Source: Bdellovibrionota bacterium
GTDB lineage: Bacteria; Bdellovibrionota_C; UBA2361; OMIW01
Direction of reading: 5' to 3'
Length of the DNA: 48,364 nt
NCBI GenBank assembly: GCA_044345055.1
Contig: JBIJBT010000010.1
Location: forward strand, 1-48,364
Position numbers and translations under genes: made by a program. Positions 28,127 to 38,382 of this stretch are shown in pieces (the first letter of the stretch is position 1; each line of letters opens with the position of its first letter). Below the pieces are notes generated by a model. The model made no database searches and was not told the DNA's origin. It saw only the letters and a program-made list of their open reading frames with translations.

Positions 28127-30342
28127 GAAAGGCGCCCCCGAAGAAAGGCGAGCGTTGAGCTCACTGAGACGATTGCACGAAATTGCCTCTTCGCCAAACC
28201 TCTTCTTATCGCCTCAATGTCATGAGCTCGCCATTGGTCTATCTCTCTAGTTGAACCAACTGATGAGCGCCTTGGGCCATATATATCGGTGAGAAGCGCG
28301 GGACGTAAAAGTAGACAAGGTACGCCGATTGAGCTGGATATACGCGATTCATATTCAGCGTAAGTTTCTCCGACCATTCTTTCATAACCGGCATCTCGCA
28401 AAAGGCTCAATATCGCCCGAAAAGATGCCCGCAGTCGACCAGTATAGCTTCGATGAAACACCCAAGAAAATCGTAAGTATATCTTTAAAAGGAGGAATAA
28501 TCCGAGCACTGCGCCGGCAAAGGTTCCGAGGTGGCGAGGCGATGGTATATGCCAACGCGATTGCTGTGGCTCAAAGCCTAATTCGTTCGCTATATCTGAG
28601 GAGGGGAGTACCTCTTCATCAGGTCCTATCATTCCCATCAACTCCTCAAGAGCCTTTCCATCAACGGGTGAATCTGCATGACTTTCAACCTTTTCGGGCT
28701 GCGTATCGAACGGTATCCAGCCAGCACCACTTATATAAACTTCTGCCCAGGCGTGCCGATCACTCATCCGAAGCAAAATATGACCATCCTTTGACTGGCT
28801 AAGATCGGTCATATATCCAGTTCCGACCCGTGATGGAATGCCAAGCGATCTGAGAAGGTAAACGGTCGCGTGCGCAAAGTGCACACAGTAGCCCCGAAGA
28901 TCACCAAAAAGAAACGGCTCGACGGGATCTCCGCCCTCAGGAACCTGATGGTTGGGCTGTAGGGTGTATATCGCATTTTTCGAGAGCCATTCAGCGATGG
29001 TGAATGCTTGTTGAACTTTATTCGTGATGCCACCAGTTATCTTCTTCGCGAATTCGGTATAGCGATAGTCGGGATGATATATGAGGTAATGAAGTCGCTC
29101 GTCGCTGCTCCACCGTGGATCACCAACATCGCGATCGAGTAATTCATTAAGAGAAAAGGTAGGTGCTAGAGAAATCGCTCTATAGGCCGCTTTAAACCTA
29201 TCTTCACGCGGATTTTTAAGTGGGGATAAGCTGATTGGGTAATCAATAGCAAATGGAGAGTTTGTCATTCCGATAAGGAAAATCGATTGCGGTAGCCGCA
29301 TTCTCCCGCTCAGATCAGTGTCCTCATCACGTTCAAATCGCTTGCCAGGAGGAAGCTTGGATACATCCTGATCAAATTGAGGTGGCGCTATAACCAGCTC
29401 GTTATGACCCATTTGGGATAAGGCTGATTCGCGCAGATATAGTTTTTTCCCGAAAGGATTTTGGAGATAATCGCCATCGAGTCGAACTAACGCGGCTGGT
29501 TGAGAAGTCCCCCCAACAGCGGAGTTGAAATCAAGTGGGCTAAGCCCCTCCTTCTGTTCTTGTCCTACACCGTTGGCAGCCCGAGATCCAACGCTTTGCT
29601 GCATTGAACGATAAAGAGCATCCCCAATAAACCAGAGCAAGCCAACAAGAACAAGAGTTGGAACGATACGCAACGGCTTTTGTAGCCTTTTCGTTCGTTG
29701 TGCAGTAGCGCTCACGATTGCGCTGCGATCGAGGCTAACTGAGAGAGCTGCAATGTAGCTAACGATACAACCAAAGAAAAGACCTGCTATCAATATAAAA
29801 GTAGCAAGATATTCTAGATGAAGGTCCCAAGCGAGAGAAGCGATCCATTTTGGTTTATCGAATCTTAGCTCGCGGTGCGCCGACAATAACGCAACAAAAC
29901 CCAACAGAAGCAATAGTAATTCGGCCGTTATGGCCGCAGCGTGTCGAAACACCCCGATTGATGAGGCAAAAAGGAGCAGCAAAATCGTTACAGCTAATTC
30001 ACTATGTTCTGCAATAACAAACGGTGTAAGTGATGATACTGAATGGGGAAATGGAAGTCGGACGAATAGAGCGAGAAAAAGTTTAGAGATAAAAAAGCAC
30101 AAGAGCGCAACCGTCAACAATCCACGGGTCGTTAATCGGGATGAAGTTACAATCGCAGCAAGAGCAATACCAATCCATCCCGAGAAAAGAAGTAGAAACG
30201 GATAGCTTGCGAGGTCGACCAGATTGTCAACAATAAAGAGCGCGCTCAAAAAAAGAAGCATACGCGCGACGAAGGCAATTACGAGGGGGGCCTTCCGCGG
30301 GGCGGCAGACTGAGAGGTAACAATTTCTGCTGAGGTAATCAA
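28123..30342 (-). CDS. Membrane transglutaminase-like domain protein (TgpA-like)
   Basis: About 7 N-terminal TMs; catalytic triad GYCVHFA (C), HAWAEVY (H), WIPFD (D); C-terminal TM. Confidence 0.88.
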   Translation of the reverse strand: MITSAEIVTSQSAAPRKAPLVIAFVARMLLFLSALFIVDNLVDLASYPFLLLFSGWIGIALAAIVTSSRLTTRGLLTVALLCFFISKLFLALFVRLPFPHSVSSLTPFVIAEHSELAVTILLLLFASSIGVFRHAAAITAELLLLLLGFVALLSAHRELRFDKPKWIASLAWDLHLEYLATFILIAGLFFGCIVSYIAALSVSLDRSAIVSATAQRTKRLQKPLRIVPTLVLVGLLWFIGDALYRSMQQSVGSRAANGVGQEQKEGLSPLDFNSAVGGTSQPAALVRLDGDYLQNPFGKKLYLRESALSQMGHNELVIAPPQFDQDVSKLPPGKRFERDEDTDLSGRMRLPQSIFLIGMTNSPFAIDYPISLSPLKNPREDRFKAAYRAISLAPTFSLNELLDRDVGDPRWSSDERLHYLIYHPDYRYTEFAKKITGGITNKVQQAFTIAEWLSKNAIYTLQPNHQVPEGGDPVEPFLFGDLRGYCVHFAHATVYLLRSLGIPSRVGTGYMTDLSQSKDGHILLRMSDRHAWAEVYISGAGWIPFDTQPEKVESHADSPVDGKALEELMGMIGPDEEVLPSSDIANELGFEPQQSRWHIPSPRHLGTFAGAVLGLFLLLKIYLRFSWVFHRSYTGRLRASFRAILSLLRDAGYERMVGETYAEYESRISSSIGVPCLLLRPALLTDIYGPRRSSVGSTREIDQWRAHDIEAIRRGLAKRQFRAIVSVSSTLAFLRGRLS

Positions 30343-30374
30343 CGCTACACTCCTTGAAAAAAAACCATAAACCT

Positions 30375-31709
30375 TTAAACCAACACCACCCGTCCACCAA
30401 GTTGACTGAGAGTCATCTCTTCAGGAATATCGAGCTTTCTTTCGGATCTCCAATTGAGTGCTGAATGATCCTTTCCGAGTAGCCACCATCGCGCCAGCGT
30501 TGCTGAACGATTTCGTGACATCGCGCGCGATTCAATTTGATCTTCTATCGAGGCATTATCCCTCTTGCTCCCGACCACAAACCAAACCGGTTCACTTTGT
30601 TGGGCAGCAAGTAATTGAGTTAATTCGCGCAGAATTGTCGCAGTAAGAGGATTTTTTAATCGCCGATTATCAATAAACAGTGCAATTTGACGCATAGGAC
30701 CATCGGAGACCTCCGTTGAGAGAAGCGATATGAAATTGCCAATCTCAGCATTTAGATCGGCGTGATGACTCTCCCAAACGGTCTTGAGAAGGAGACGCAA
30801 AGTCTCCTCGCGGTTGCGTGCTAACGGCTCACCATTCATTCCGAGGCAGCCACATCGAATCTCCATACCGACCTCTTCCGCCCGCGCAACATAACGATAC
30901 GCGCTTGCAGCCACTCGGTCCTCGAGGTGATCAGCAATTGCAAAAACAAGTGTTTTACCCTCCGGTTGAGTTTGGGGCTCGGGGTGTCGAGATACGAGTT
31001 GACCGGTGCGTGCAAAAATCTTCCACACGATTCGGCGAATACCATCGGCAGGGTCGTAACGTTTAAGGTCAAAATAATCGCCCTCAGAAGTTTGGTCGGC
31101 GAGTTCAAGATCGCCCGAGCTGCGCCGAAGAGTTACGATCGGCAGGTTGTCACTCGGTGCATCGGGCGGGTATACGGTGAGCGAAAGAGGGTGATGCAGA
31201 GCGCCACGCCACTGGAAAGAGGTAATGCCGAGTAGATCGTGATACCTGATCCGATATTCGCTAACGAGCCACTCGCCACGATGAGGAAGTATCACGGGAA
31301 AGACCGCTGAATAGCTCCCCGATTCAGCGTGACGGAGTTGCGGTATCGGATGAGTAACGGTCGAGTTTGGCCAAATGGGTGTGATGGTGAGCCGAAAAAA
31401 GGGAAGGCGGGTTCCGATAGTTGCTGTTGCCGATAATTGAACTCGATTTCCTGATACAAATCGACCTTCGGCAGAGGCTAGTGGAGCAAGCTCGACTATG
31501 CAGCGGCGCCGAATCATGATGCCCGAGAGCGCTCCTAAACAGATGCTATAAACAACGGCTGCCACTGTTCCGATTCCCAAGTAGCTGGCAATAATGTCAA
31601 AACCTTGAGAGGGCGGGCCGAAGAGAAAGTATCCGGCAACCGCAATGATGCACCAACCCCGAGAAGTTATCGGAAGGTATTTTAAAATCGGCAAACGGTT
31701 GGGTTTCAT
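30375..31709 (-). CDS. DUF58-domain membrane protein
   Basis: ITSRGW plus two TMs, HRGEW, DLLG, VYP, GDYFDLKRYDPADGIRRIVWKIFARTGQLVSR; start uncertain (31709 or 31745). Confidence 0.85.
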   Translation of the reverse strand: MKPNRLPILKYLPITSRGWCIIAVAGYFLFGPPSQGFDIIASYLGIGTVAAVVYSICLGALSGIMIRRRCIVELAPLASAEGRFVSGNRVQLSATATIGTRLPFFRLTITPIWPNSTVTHPIPQLRHAESGSYSAVFPVILPHRGEWLVSEYRIRYHDLLGITSFQWRGALHHPLSLTVYPPDAPSDNLPIVTLRRSSGDLELADQTSEGDYFDLKRYDPADGIRRIVWKIFARTGQLVSRHPEPQTQPEGKTLVFAIADHLEDRVAASAYRYVARAEEVGMEIRCGCLGMNGEPLARNREETLRLLLKTVWESHHADLNAEIGNFISLLSTEVSDGPMRQIALFIDNRRLKNPLTATILRELTQLLAAQQSEPVWFVVGSKRDNASIEDQIESRAMSRNRSATLARWWLLGKDHSALNWRSERKLDIPEEMTLSQLGGRVVLV

Positions 31710-31922
31710 GGTTAATAAAAGAAACGGAATACGGATTGGAAACATCTGAGCTTCGCAGTTCAACAGACCAGATATCCTACACCCTTGGCGGCTTTTGAGG
31801 TAGTCTGTCTCACAAAAGGTCCTCCTTTTAGTCGAGTCGAATTCGGCACAACCCGAATCCCGAGACCTCACATTGCCCCATTGATGTTCATAATAAACTA
31901 AGTCCTTGTCATTAGTAATACG

Positions 31923-33842
31923 ATGCAAACCCGTATCACAGCTCAATTTTTAGACAACCAACAAACAACGCTATCTTTTTCACCCGAGGGGATCTCGATT
32001 CTTAAAAGCTCAGATCCTTGGGTTCTATCGAGTATCTGGCGAGTTGCGCAGGAGCTGGTTTTAGAACAGGAGGGGAAACGTAAAGATAGCGACGCTTGGG
32101 CAAGCGCAGCACATCCTAATGTTGAAATCGAGACTGAGCGGTGGATGGTTCTAATCGATCCTTTGCATCGTGGTGGAACGATTGGGGAGTTTTTTGGAAT
32201 AGATCCACTATTAGTTTCTTTGTGGGGAACGATAGGAGGATGGTCTTGCCCGGAATGTGGCGCGACTGTTTGTCGAGACTCTGTCGCGGATGTATCAGTA
32301 AAAATGTCTGAGCTGGACGGCGGTAATGTAGTCTGCGGGATACCGCGGGAGGAGGGTGCGCCACCACTCGAGGAGCTTGCAAAATATTTTGAAGCCACAC
32401 GAATTGTAAGAAATGAAAGGGTTTTTTTATTAAAAGATGACACAGAGTCTCGAGGTGACTCGATGGCGCAGGAGTGGGTCGTAGTGTCATCTCGCGGATT
32501 ACCCCTTTTAGTTGGAGATGCAGAGAGCTGGCTGAGGGAACAGGCGAGATTACATCCGTGTCGGATCGATGTTGGAATCGTGAGACGGGGCGACTCCTCA
32601 ATTCAGTGGGTGGGAATTATTGGATCGTCAGCGCGATGTCAGCAATGTGGTGCAGCCTCTTCACCACCCTCATTCCGTGAGACTCGGCGGTCTATAAAAC
32701 AAAAAAAAGATTCTAGTGGGCTCACTCTCCTTAATCGTCCTCTTGGCGAAATTCTTGCCGGTACTTTGCGAGAGAGCGCTCAATTTATCGATCAACTACT
32801 CACCACTGCTCAGGTAGGTGAAGTCGATACCGTTTTCCTTCAAAGCGTCATTACCCAAACTGAATCAGTGCTTGACCTGCCGCTCACAATTTCGCTCGAG
32901 CAGCTACCACCCGATATATTTATTCGGTTGGCATTATGCCGTTTGCGATGTGCTCAAGTGACTGGAGTGCAGATTTTTATCAATCAGCTTGATGAGTCAG
33001 AGGTAGTTAAGCTTTCTGAATGCGATACCTTTGCCTCAATGGCGAATTCAATCGGTGGTGTTGTGTGTTTATCGCGGAGCCAATTGTATAGCCCTTTAAC
33101 AATTTGCTCGGTTGATGCTGGCGCAACTAACGCAACTAAGTTGCGAGCCGAAATATCCCCAATTGGATATCACGAGGCGCTGGGCACTATTGGAGGATTG
33201 GACAAATTAAATCCAGGTAACCTAATACATCTTTCAGTTGATCAAGCTGCCCTTTTAGATCCCGATCTTCTCGAGGCAACGGTAGCGGCAATTCCTCGAA
33301 GCCCCGGCGATCGAGTCTCTTTAGTACGATGTTGCGGGGCAGAGATTTTACAGGAGGAGGGGGAGGTAGGTCACCTTACGGGGCTGTATGGACTAATTGC
33401 AGAGGTTGCAGCGCGAGTGCCGGAAGCTCGTATTCTTGGGCTCTCTGCGCGAGAGATCGAGTCGGCAATACGGGGTAATGGAGATGCTCCATTCCTTTTT
33501 GGTTTTCCATTGTCTGCATTGCGTTCAATACCACTTGAACAGCTCATTTACCGTATTCCTCGGGTGGGGTATGCTTCTCGTGGTATCGAGTGGATAATCG
33601 GTGCAGGAGGGGGGGCTATATCTCTCTCAGAGCAGGTAAATGGACATCCTCCTGGATTGCTAGTGCTTTATCGATTAATTCGGAATCTTCCCCTGAGGGG
33701 CCGGTGTGTTTTGATTCACGATGTAGGCTGGCTGCTCTCGGCAAAAGAAGAGGCGATTGTTAAGCTGATTCTTACCGAGGAGCTCGCCCAAGAGCGGAGA
33801 CGCTCGGGAGGTCGTGTTGTGTGGGTGGATCGAAAAAGGTGA
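31923..33842 (+). CDS. Degenerate UvrA-like protein lacking ABC ATPase motifs
   Basis: Collinear UvrA remnants: GTIGEFFGIDPLLVSLWGTIGGWSCPECG, CQQCG, LTGLYGLIAEVAARVPEARILG, GAGGGAISLSEQ; no GSGKS, LSGGE or LDEP. Confidence 0.6.
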   Translation: MQTRITAQFLDNQQTTLSFSPEGISILKSSDPWVLSSIWRVAQELVLEQEGKRKDSDAWASAAHPNVEIETERWMVLIDPLHRGGTIGEFFGIDPLLVSLWGTIGGWSCPECGATVCRDSVADVSVKMSELDGGNVVCGIPREEGAPPLEELAKYFEATRIVRNERVFLLKDDTESRGDSMAQEWVVVSSRGLPLLVGDAESWLREQARLHPCRIDVGIVRRGDSSIQWVGIIGSSARCQQCGAASSPPSFRETRRSIKQKKDSSGLTLLNRPLGEILAGTLRESAQFIDQLLTTAQVGEVDTVFLQSVITQTESVLDLPLTISLEQLPPDIFIRLALCRLRCAQVTGVQIFINQLDESEVVKLSECDTFASMANSIGGVVCLSRSQLYSPLTICSVDAGATNATKLRAEISPIGYHEALGTIGGLDKLNPGNLIHLSVDQAALLDPDLLEATVAAIPRSPGDRVSLVRCCGAEILQEEGEVGHLTGLYGLIAEVAARVPEARILGLSAREIESAIRGNGDAPFLFGFPLSALRSIPLEQLIYRIPRVGYASRGIEWIIGAGGGAISLSEQVNGHPPGLLVLYRLIRNLPLRGRCVLIHDVGWLLSAKEEAIVKLILTEELAQERRRSGGRVVWVDRKR

Positions 33843-33852
33843 GTTGCTGCAT

Positions 33853-34647
33853 ATGAAAAAATTAACGTTAGCCGAGCGTGAGGAGCGGAGAGAGCGAATC
33901 AAGGGAAGAGTTGTTCGCAGCCGTTTCCTCGTCCCGAATGCGGTTACCGTAGGTAATATGTTTTGCGGTTTCCTCTCGATTGTTTATAGCTCATCGGGTC
34001 GTTTCAAGGAGGCATCGCTCGCGATACTGTTTGCGATTTTATTGGATGGTCTCGATGGTCGCGTTGCTCGCAGACTCAATGCGACATCTCCATTTGGTGT
34101 GGAGTTTGACTCGTTTAGTGATCTTACATCATTTGGAATTGCGCCAGGACTTCTCGTTTATAATTGGTGCTTCAAGGTCCAGATGCAGGCAGATGAGCTC
34201 GGCGTACTCATATCTTTTCTGTATGGAGTGTGCGCCGCTGGGAGGCTCGCGAGGTTTAATGTAGCACCCCCGAGTCTCCACTCGTTCGCGGGGCTTCCCT
34301 CGCCAGGGGCTGCTGCCGCGATGGCTGCAATGGTTTTTGCGATGCCTGAGGCGTGGGTAAGCCCATTCATGGTAGGTGGAGTTGCGCTTGTAACTCTGGC
34401 ATTGGGGATATTGATGGTCACAGCCTTTCCATACGCCAGTATCAAAGCACTGAAGCTTACTAATATTCACCTGCCCGAGCTGGTAATGATCGCTGCTGGT
34501 ATTGCACTGCTTTGGTACAGCGCTCGAATTGGTCTTTTAGTAGTTAGTTTTTGTTACGCGGCGAGCGGTGTTTTCAACAGAGTGAGGCTACTGAGAGGAG
34601 AAACACCATCTGCAAATGAGACTGAAGTTTCCCACTCTGCTCAATAA
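33853..34647 (+). CDS. pssA: CDP-diacylglycerol--serine O-phosphatidyltransferase (type II)
   Basis: VPNAVTVGNMFCG, DGLDGRVARRLNATSPFGVEFDSFSDLTSFGIAP, RLARFN, FAGLPSP. Confidence 0.93.
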   Translation: MKKLTLAEREERRERIKGRVVRSRFLVPNAVTVGNMFCGFLSIVYSSSGRFKEASLAILFAILLDGLDGRVARRLNATSPFGVEFDSFSDLTSFGIAPGLLVYNWCFKVQMQADELGVLISFLYGVCAAGRLARFNVAPPSLHSFAGLPSPGAAAAMAAMVFAMPEAWVSPFMVGGVALVTLALGILMVTAFPYASIKALKLTNIHLPELVMIAAGIALLWYSARIGLLVVSFCYAASGVFNRVRLLRGETPSANETEVSHSAQ

Positions 34648-34783
34648 TTTCGAGCAATCTCACTCGCCTATTGCCAATCATCCCGCAGTCGTGTTGAATC
34701 CCACTAATCACGATCTGTCGGGTTAATTTAGCCAATCTCCTCGAGTACTCCATTCACTTAATCTTCACAACGGAGCATCGCCC

Positions 34784-35581
34784 GTGGAATCTCTTGCAAA
34801 TAAAGTAATCTGGATCACGGGCGCTAGTAGTGGCATAGGCGAGGCGTTTGCTGAGGAGTGTGCGCGGCGCGGTGCACGGGTTGCCCTTTCTGCACGTCGA
34901 GCTGAAGCCTTGTCGGCGCTTGTATCCAAAATCAACGAAAAGCAGAATGGCGGAGAGATTCGTGCACGTGCCTATCCAGTTGATGTATCCTCCACAGAAT
35001 CTCTGAAGAGTGTTGTTGTCGCGATTGAGAGTGAACTTGGGCCGATTGATATCGTCGTCGCAAATGCCGGTATTAATGAATATGTTTCGCTTAACTCTTT
35101 TTCGGCGGAAGCGTATCTCTCGGTGATGAATGTCAATTATGGTGGATTGCTTCGGTGCATCGAGGCTGTTTTGCCTGGGATGAGGTCTCGAGGGCGGGGC
35201 AGAATTGCAGGGGTGGCTAGCATCGCAGGATTTAGAGGCTTACCAACCTCCGGTGCCTACGGTGCCTCAAAAGCTGCGATGATTCACTTTCTTGAGAGCA
35301 TTCGGTTTCAGCTCGAACCTCTTGGTATCGGTGTGACCGTTATAAATCCAGGGTTCGTTAAGACCCCGATGACCGACACAAATGATTTTCATATGCCCTT
35401 TCTCATGAACTGTGAAGATGCGGTCGCCTGTATGGCGAATGGGCTTGAACGAGGTGCGAAGGAGATAACCTTTCCCTGGTTGTTTTCAAGAATTATTAAG
35501 GGTGGACGAATTCTTCCCTTCTCGATCTATGAATGGATAGTGCGAAAAGTATGGTCACGGATGGAACACGGAAAAGAATAG
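34784..35581 (+). CDS. Short-chain dehydrogenase/reductase
   Basis: WITGASSGIG, VANAG, ASIAG, YGASK, NPGFVKT. Confidence 0.92.
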   Translation: MESLANKVIWITGASSGIGEAFAEECARRGARVALSARRAEALSALVSKINEKQNGGEIRARAYPVDVSSTESLKSVVVAIESELGPIDIVVANAGINEYVSLNSFSAEAYLSVMNVNYGGLLRCIEAVLPGMRSRGRGRIAGVASIAGFRGLPTSGAYGASKAAMIHFLESIRFQLEPLGIGVTVINPGFVKTPMTDTNDFHMPFLMNCEDAVACMANGLERGAKEITFPWLFSRIIKGGRILPFSIYEWIVRKVWSRMEHGKE

Positions 35582-36897
35582 CAGTTGTTGGTGCAGGTAT
35601 CTCTGGAATCACCGCAGCATTTCTACTCTCTGAACAACACGATGTAGTCCTGTTCGAACGCAAGAGCGCGATCGGAGGACATACCAATACAATCGTTGTG
35701 GCGGATGGGCCAGATGCGGGCACGCCGGTTGATACCGGCTTTATCGTCTGTAATCCCGTAAATTATACCCATTTTTATCAATTTCTCGATCTTCTCGGTG
35801 TTCCTCGCCGGAATGCTGAGATGACTTTCGGGTGTTATATCGAGGCAACAGGTCTGCATTATCGTGGCCCCGATCTTAAAGATATCTTGCGCGCTCCCCG
35901 TAATTTTCTCTCTCCATCTTTTTGCAAGATGCTCCTTGAGCAGCGGCGATTTAATCGTTGTGCTCTTTCTGATCTCTCCAGAGGGACTCTCGGAGAGCAG
36001 ACGCTCGGCGATTATGTGAGGTCGCTCGGGTTGAGTCACTTTTTCGTTACTCATTACCTTGTTCCTCTTGCCGCATCAATATGGTCAAGCCCTGATGCGA
36101 ATATCCTCGCGTTTCCTGCGGTTACCTTTCTAACCTTTTTCCGTAATCATGGGATGCTCGAGCTCCATAAACGCCCTCAGTGGCAAACAGTGGTCGGCGG
36201 GAGCCACGCTTATTTGCGTGCTTTTGAGCGATGTTTTCGGGGAACCATCCGTACGGATGCGTTGATTGAGAGAATTGAGCGAAGAGACGCAGCCGACTCA
36301 GTGCAGAGGGCAGGGGGGGCAGTAACTCTTTTTATTCGTGGTGAGCCGGAGGAGTTTGATAGCGTAGTACTTGCGTGTCATGCCGATGAGGCACTAACGC
36401 TCTTGGCAGAGCCATCGCAGATCGAACAGGAAGCTCTCGGTAGTTGGCGGTATCACCGTAACCGTACTATCCTCCACACCGATACATCATTGATGCCGCC
36501 GCGTCGCCATCTCTGGGCATCGTGGAATTACATCCTACGAGGACCCGCACAGTCCAATCAAGAAGCTTTTCCTGAAGCTCCCGTTTCTATCACCTATTCG
36601 ATGAATAGACTTCAGGGGTTACGAACCCGTCACGAATACTTAGTTACCCTCAATCCATCGCAAGAGCCTCGCCCTGATACCGTTGTATACGAAACTCTTT
36701 ACACTCACCCTGAATACACCTCTCGGTCGGTTGCAAGTCAAAACACAATTCAATCAATTCAGGGGCAAAGAAATACCTATTTTTGCGGCGCTCACCTTGG
36801 GTATGGATTTCACGAGGATGGTGTTGTATCAGCACTAGCTGTCGCGCGACACTGGGGTATTAATCGGTTCAACGTTCCATCCTCCCGAGTATCCTGA
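35551..36897 (+). CDS. FAD-dependent oxidoreductase (amine oxidase fold; UfaD-like fatty-acid desaturase family)
   Basis: IAVVGAGISG, GGHTNT, VDTGFIV, WASWNY, YSMNRLQ, YTHP, GYGFHEDG; adjacent to DUF1365. Confidence 0.88.
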   Translation: MVTDGTRKRIAVVGAGISGITAAFLLSEQHDVVLFERKSAIGGHTNTIVVADGPDAGTPVDTGFIVCNPVNYTHFYQFLDLLGVPRRNAEMTFGCYIEATGLHYRGPDLKDILRAPRNFLSPSFCKMLLEQRRFNRCALSDLSRGTLGEQTLGDYVRSLGLSHFFVTHYLVPLAASIWSSPDANILAFPAVTFLTFFRNHGMLELHKRPQWQTVVGGSHAYLRAFERCFRGTIRTDALIERIERRDAADSVQRAGGAVTLFIRGEPEEFDSVVLACHADEALTLLAEPSQIEQEALGSWRYHRNRTILHTDTSLMPPRRHLWASWNYILRGPAQSNQEAFPEAPVSITYSMNRLQGLRTRHEYLVTLNPSQEPRPDTVVYETLYTHPEYTSRSVASQNTIQSIQGQRNTYFCGAHLGYGFHEDGVVSALAVARHWGINRFNVPSSRVS

Positions 36898-36914
36898 GTG
36901 TAGTAAAGTACTAA

Positions 36915-37877
36915 ATGGAAACCTACTCTCAATCGTTAGTGCCAAATTCTTCGTTGATTGCTGGTCATTCCATCCTTCGGGGCTCAGTATGGCATCACCG
37001 TTATCGGGAGATTAATCATTCATTTTCTTATCCCATTCTGATGCTCGCGCTCGATCTCGATATGCCTCTGCCGAGCTTTATGCCCCTTTTTCGGGTTGAT
37101 AAACTTGCTATTCTCTCTCTGCGCACGAGAGACTTTCTCTTAGAACGAGATTCATCTGCTGCAGATGTTAATAAACCTATTCGTCAACGGCTCGCCTCTT
37201 TAGTTGCGGCTCACGAGGGTTTAATCGATCTAACCATTAATCCTCCCGATACTGTCCTTCTTCTAACGACCCCCCGTTTTTTTGGATACGCATTTAATCC
37301 AGTCAATTTTTATCTCTGCAGCTGGGGCGGCATCACGGAGCAGCTTGTCTGCGAGGTACATAATACTTTTGGTCAGACGCACCGATACGTTGCACAGAGA
37401 CTCTCTCAAAAGGGCTCTCAAGGGGAGGCGATATTTGAATTTCCCAAGCAGTTCTGCGTATCCCCGTTTCTCGATCGCTCCGGAAGTTATCGGGTTACTG
37501 TATCCACGAATCGGCCACAAACTTTGTCCGCATCAAAGCTCGAGGCTCCTCACCTCTCCGTGAAGGTCGAACTTTTTCATGGAGAAACCTGCTCATTTGT
37601 AGCGGGTATTTCAGGAGCACTTACTCCGCTCACTTCCGTATCGCTTCTTCGAGCTCTTTTTGCTGCTCCCTCGAGCGGGTGGCTTACCATGACACGGATA
37701 TCTCTTCAGGCTCTCGCTCTGATTCGTCGTAGGGTTACTCCATATCCTCTTTTACCTCTCAAAAAACCATCCTACACCCCTCGTTCCCGCTCGTGCATTG
37801 AACAGCTTAGATTGCGGGTGCTTTCTGCTATAACAAGGGGAGCTTTCTCTGAAAAAGCTAAATCCGATGACTTTTAA
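36915..37877 (+). CDS. DUF1365 family protein (UfaO-like)
   Basis: GSVWHHRY...HSFSY, LLTTPRFFGYAFNPVNFY, EVHNTFGQTHRY, KQFCVSPF. Confidence 0.88.
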   Translation: METYSQSLVPNSSLIAGHSILRGSVWHHRYREINHSFSYPILMLALDLDMPLPSFMPLFRVDKLAILSLRTRDFLLERDSSAADVNKPIRQRLASLVAAHEGLIDLTINPPDTVLLLTTPRFFGYAFNPVNFYLCSWGGITEQLVCEVHNTFGQTHRYVAQRLSQKGSQGEAIFEFPKQFCVSPFLDRSGSYRVTVSTNRPQTLSASKLEAPHLSVKVELFHGETCSFVAGISGALTPLTSVSLLRALFAAPSSGWLTMTRISLQALALIRRRVTPYPLLPLKKPSYTPRSRSCIEQLRLRVLSAITRGAFSEKAKSDDF

Positions 37878-37903
37878 GTAACTTAAAATGTGTATCAGTG
37901 TAT

Positions 37904-37933
37904 AAAAAAAGCGGCTAAAAAGCCGCTTTTTTT
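37904..37933. terminator. Bidirectional rho-independent terminator
   Basis: aaaaaaa-gcggct-aaaa-agccgc-ttttttt between the convergent DUF1365 and RRM genes. Confidence 0.85.
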
Positions 37934-37986
37934 AGTGCAGAAGCACCGGATTTTTTGACCCCCTTTTTCAAGGGGATCTGGACGTC

Positions 37987-38382
37987 TTAGTAACGTCCGC
38001 CGCGTCCGCCGCCGCCGCCGTAGCCGCCGCCATTACCTGGACGACGAGGGCCATCGGAACGACCGCCGCCGTAACCGCCGCCGCCACCGGAGCGATATCC
38101 GCCTCGGCTTCCGCCTGAAGGACGGCTGTCGCCGAACTCACGCTTTGGTCGGGCTTCGTTTACCTTGATTTGGCTGCCACCGAAATCGGTTCCATCGAGG
38201 GAGTTGATAGCATCTTCTGCCTTATCATCATCGAGCTCGACAAATCCGAAACCACGTGATTCACCGGTATCGCGATCGCGGATAACGGTGCACGAACCGA
38301 TCGGGCCGTACTCTTCAAATAGCTGACGAAGGTCGGCGTCGGTTATGGAGAAATCTAATCCCCCTACATACAATTTTTTCAT
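37987..38382 (-). CDS. RNA-binding protein (RRM) with Gly/Arg-rich tail
   Basis: RNP2 LYVGGL, RNP1 RGFGFVEL, VNEARP, GGY/RGG tail. Confidence 0.95.
   Translation of the reverse strand: MKKLYVGGLDFSITDADLRQLFEEYGPIGSCTVIRDRDTGESRGFGFVELDDDKAEDAINSLDGTDFGGSQIKVNEARPKREFGDSRPSGGSRGGYRSGGGGGYGGGRSDGPRRPGNGGGYGGGGGRGGRY

Noticed and set aside
37990..38110. ccg/gcc tandem repeats here, plus short repeats at 16550-16580 and 42585-42630
   Set aside because: They encode the Gly-rich RRM tail, the GroEL GGM tail and the protease TP linker; they are not CRISPR arrays or independent repeat elements.
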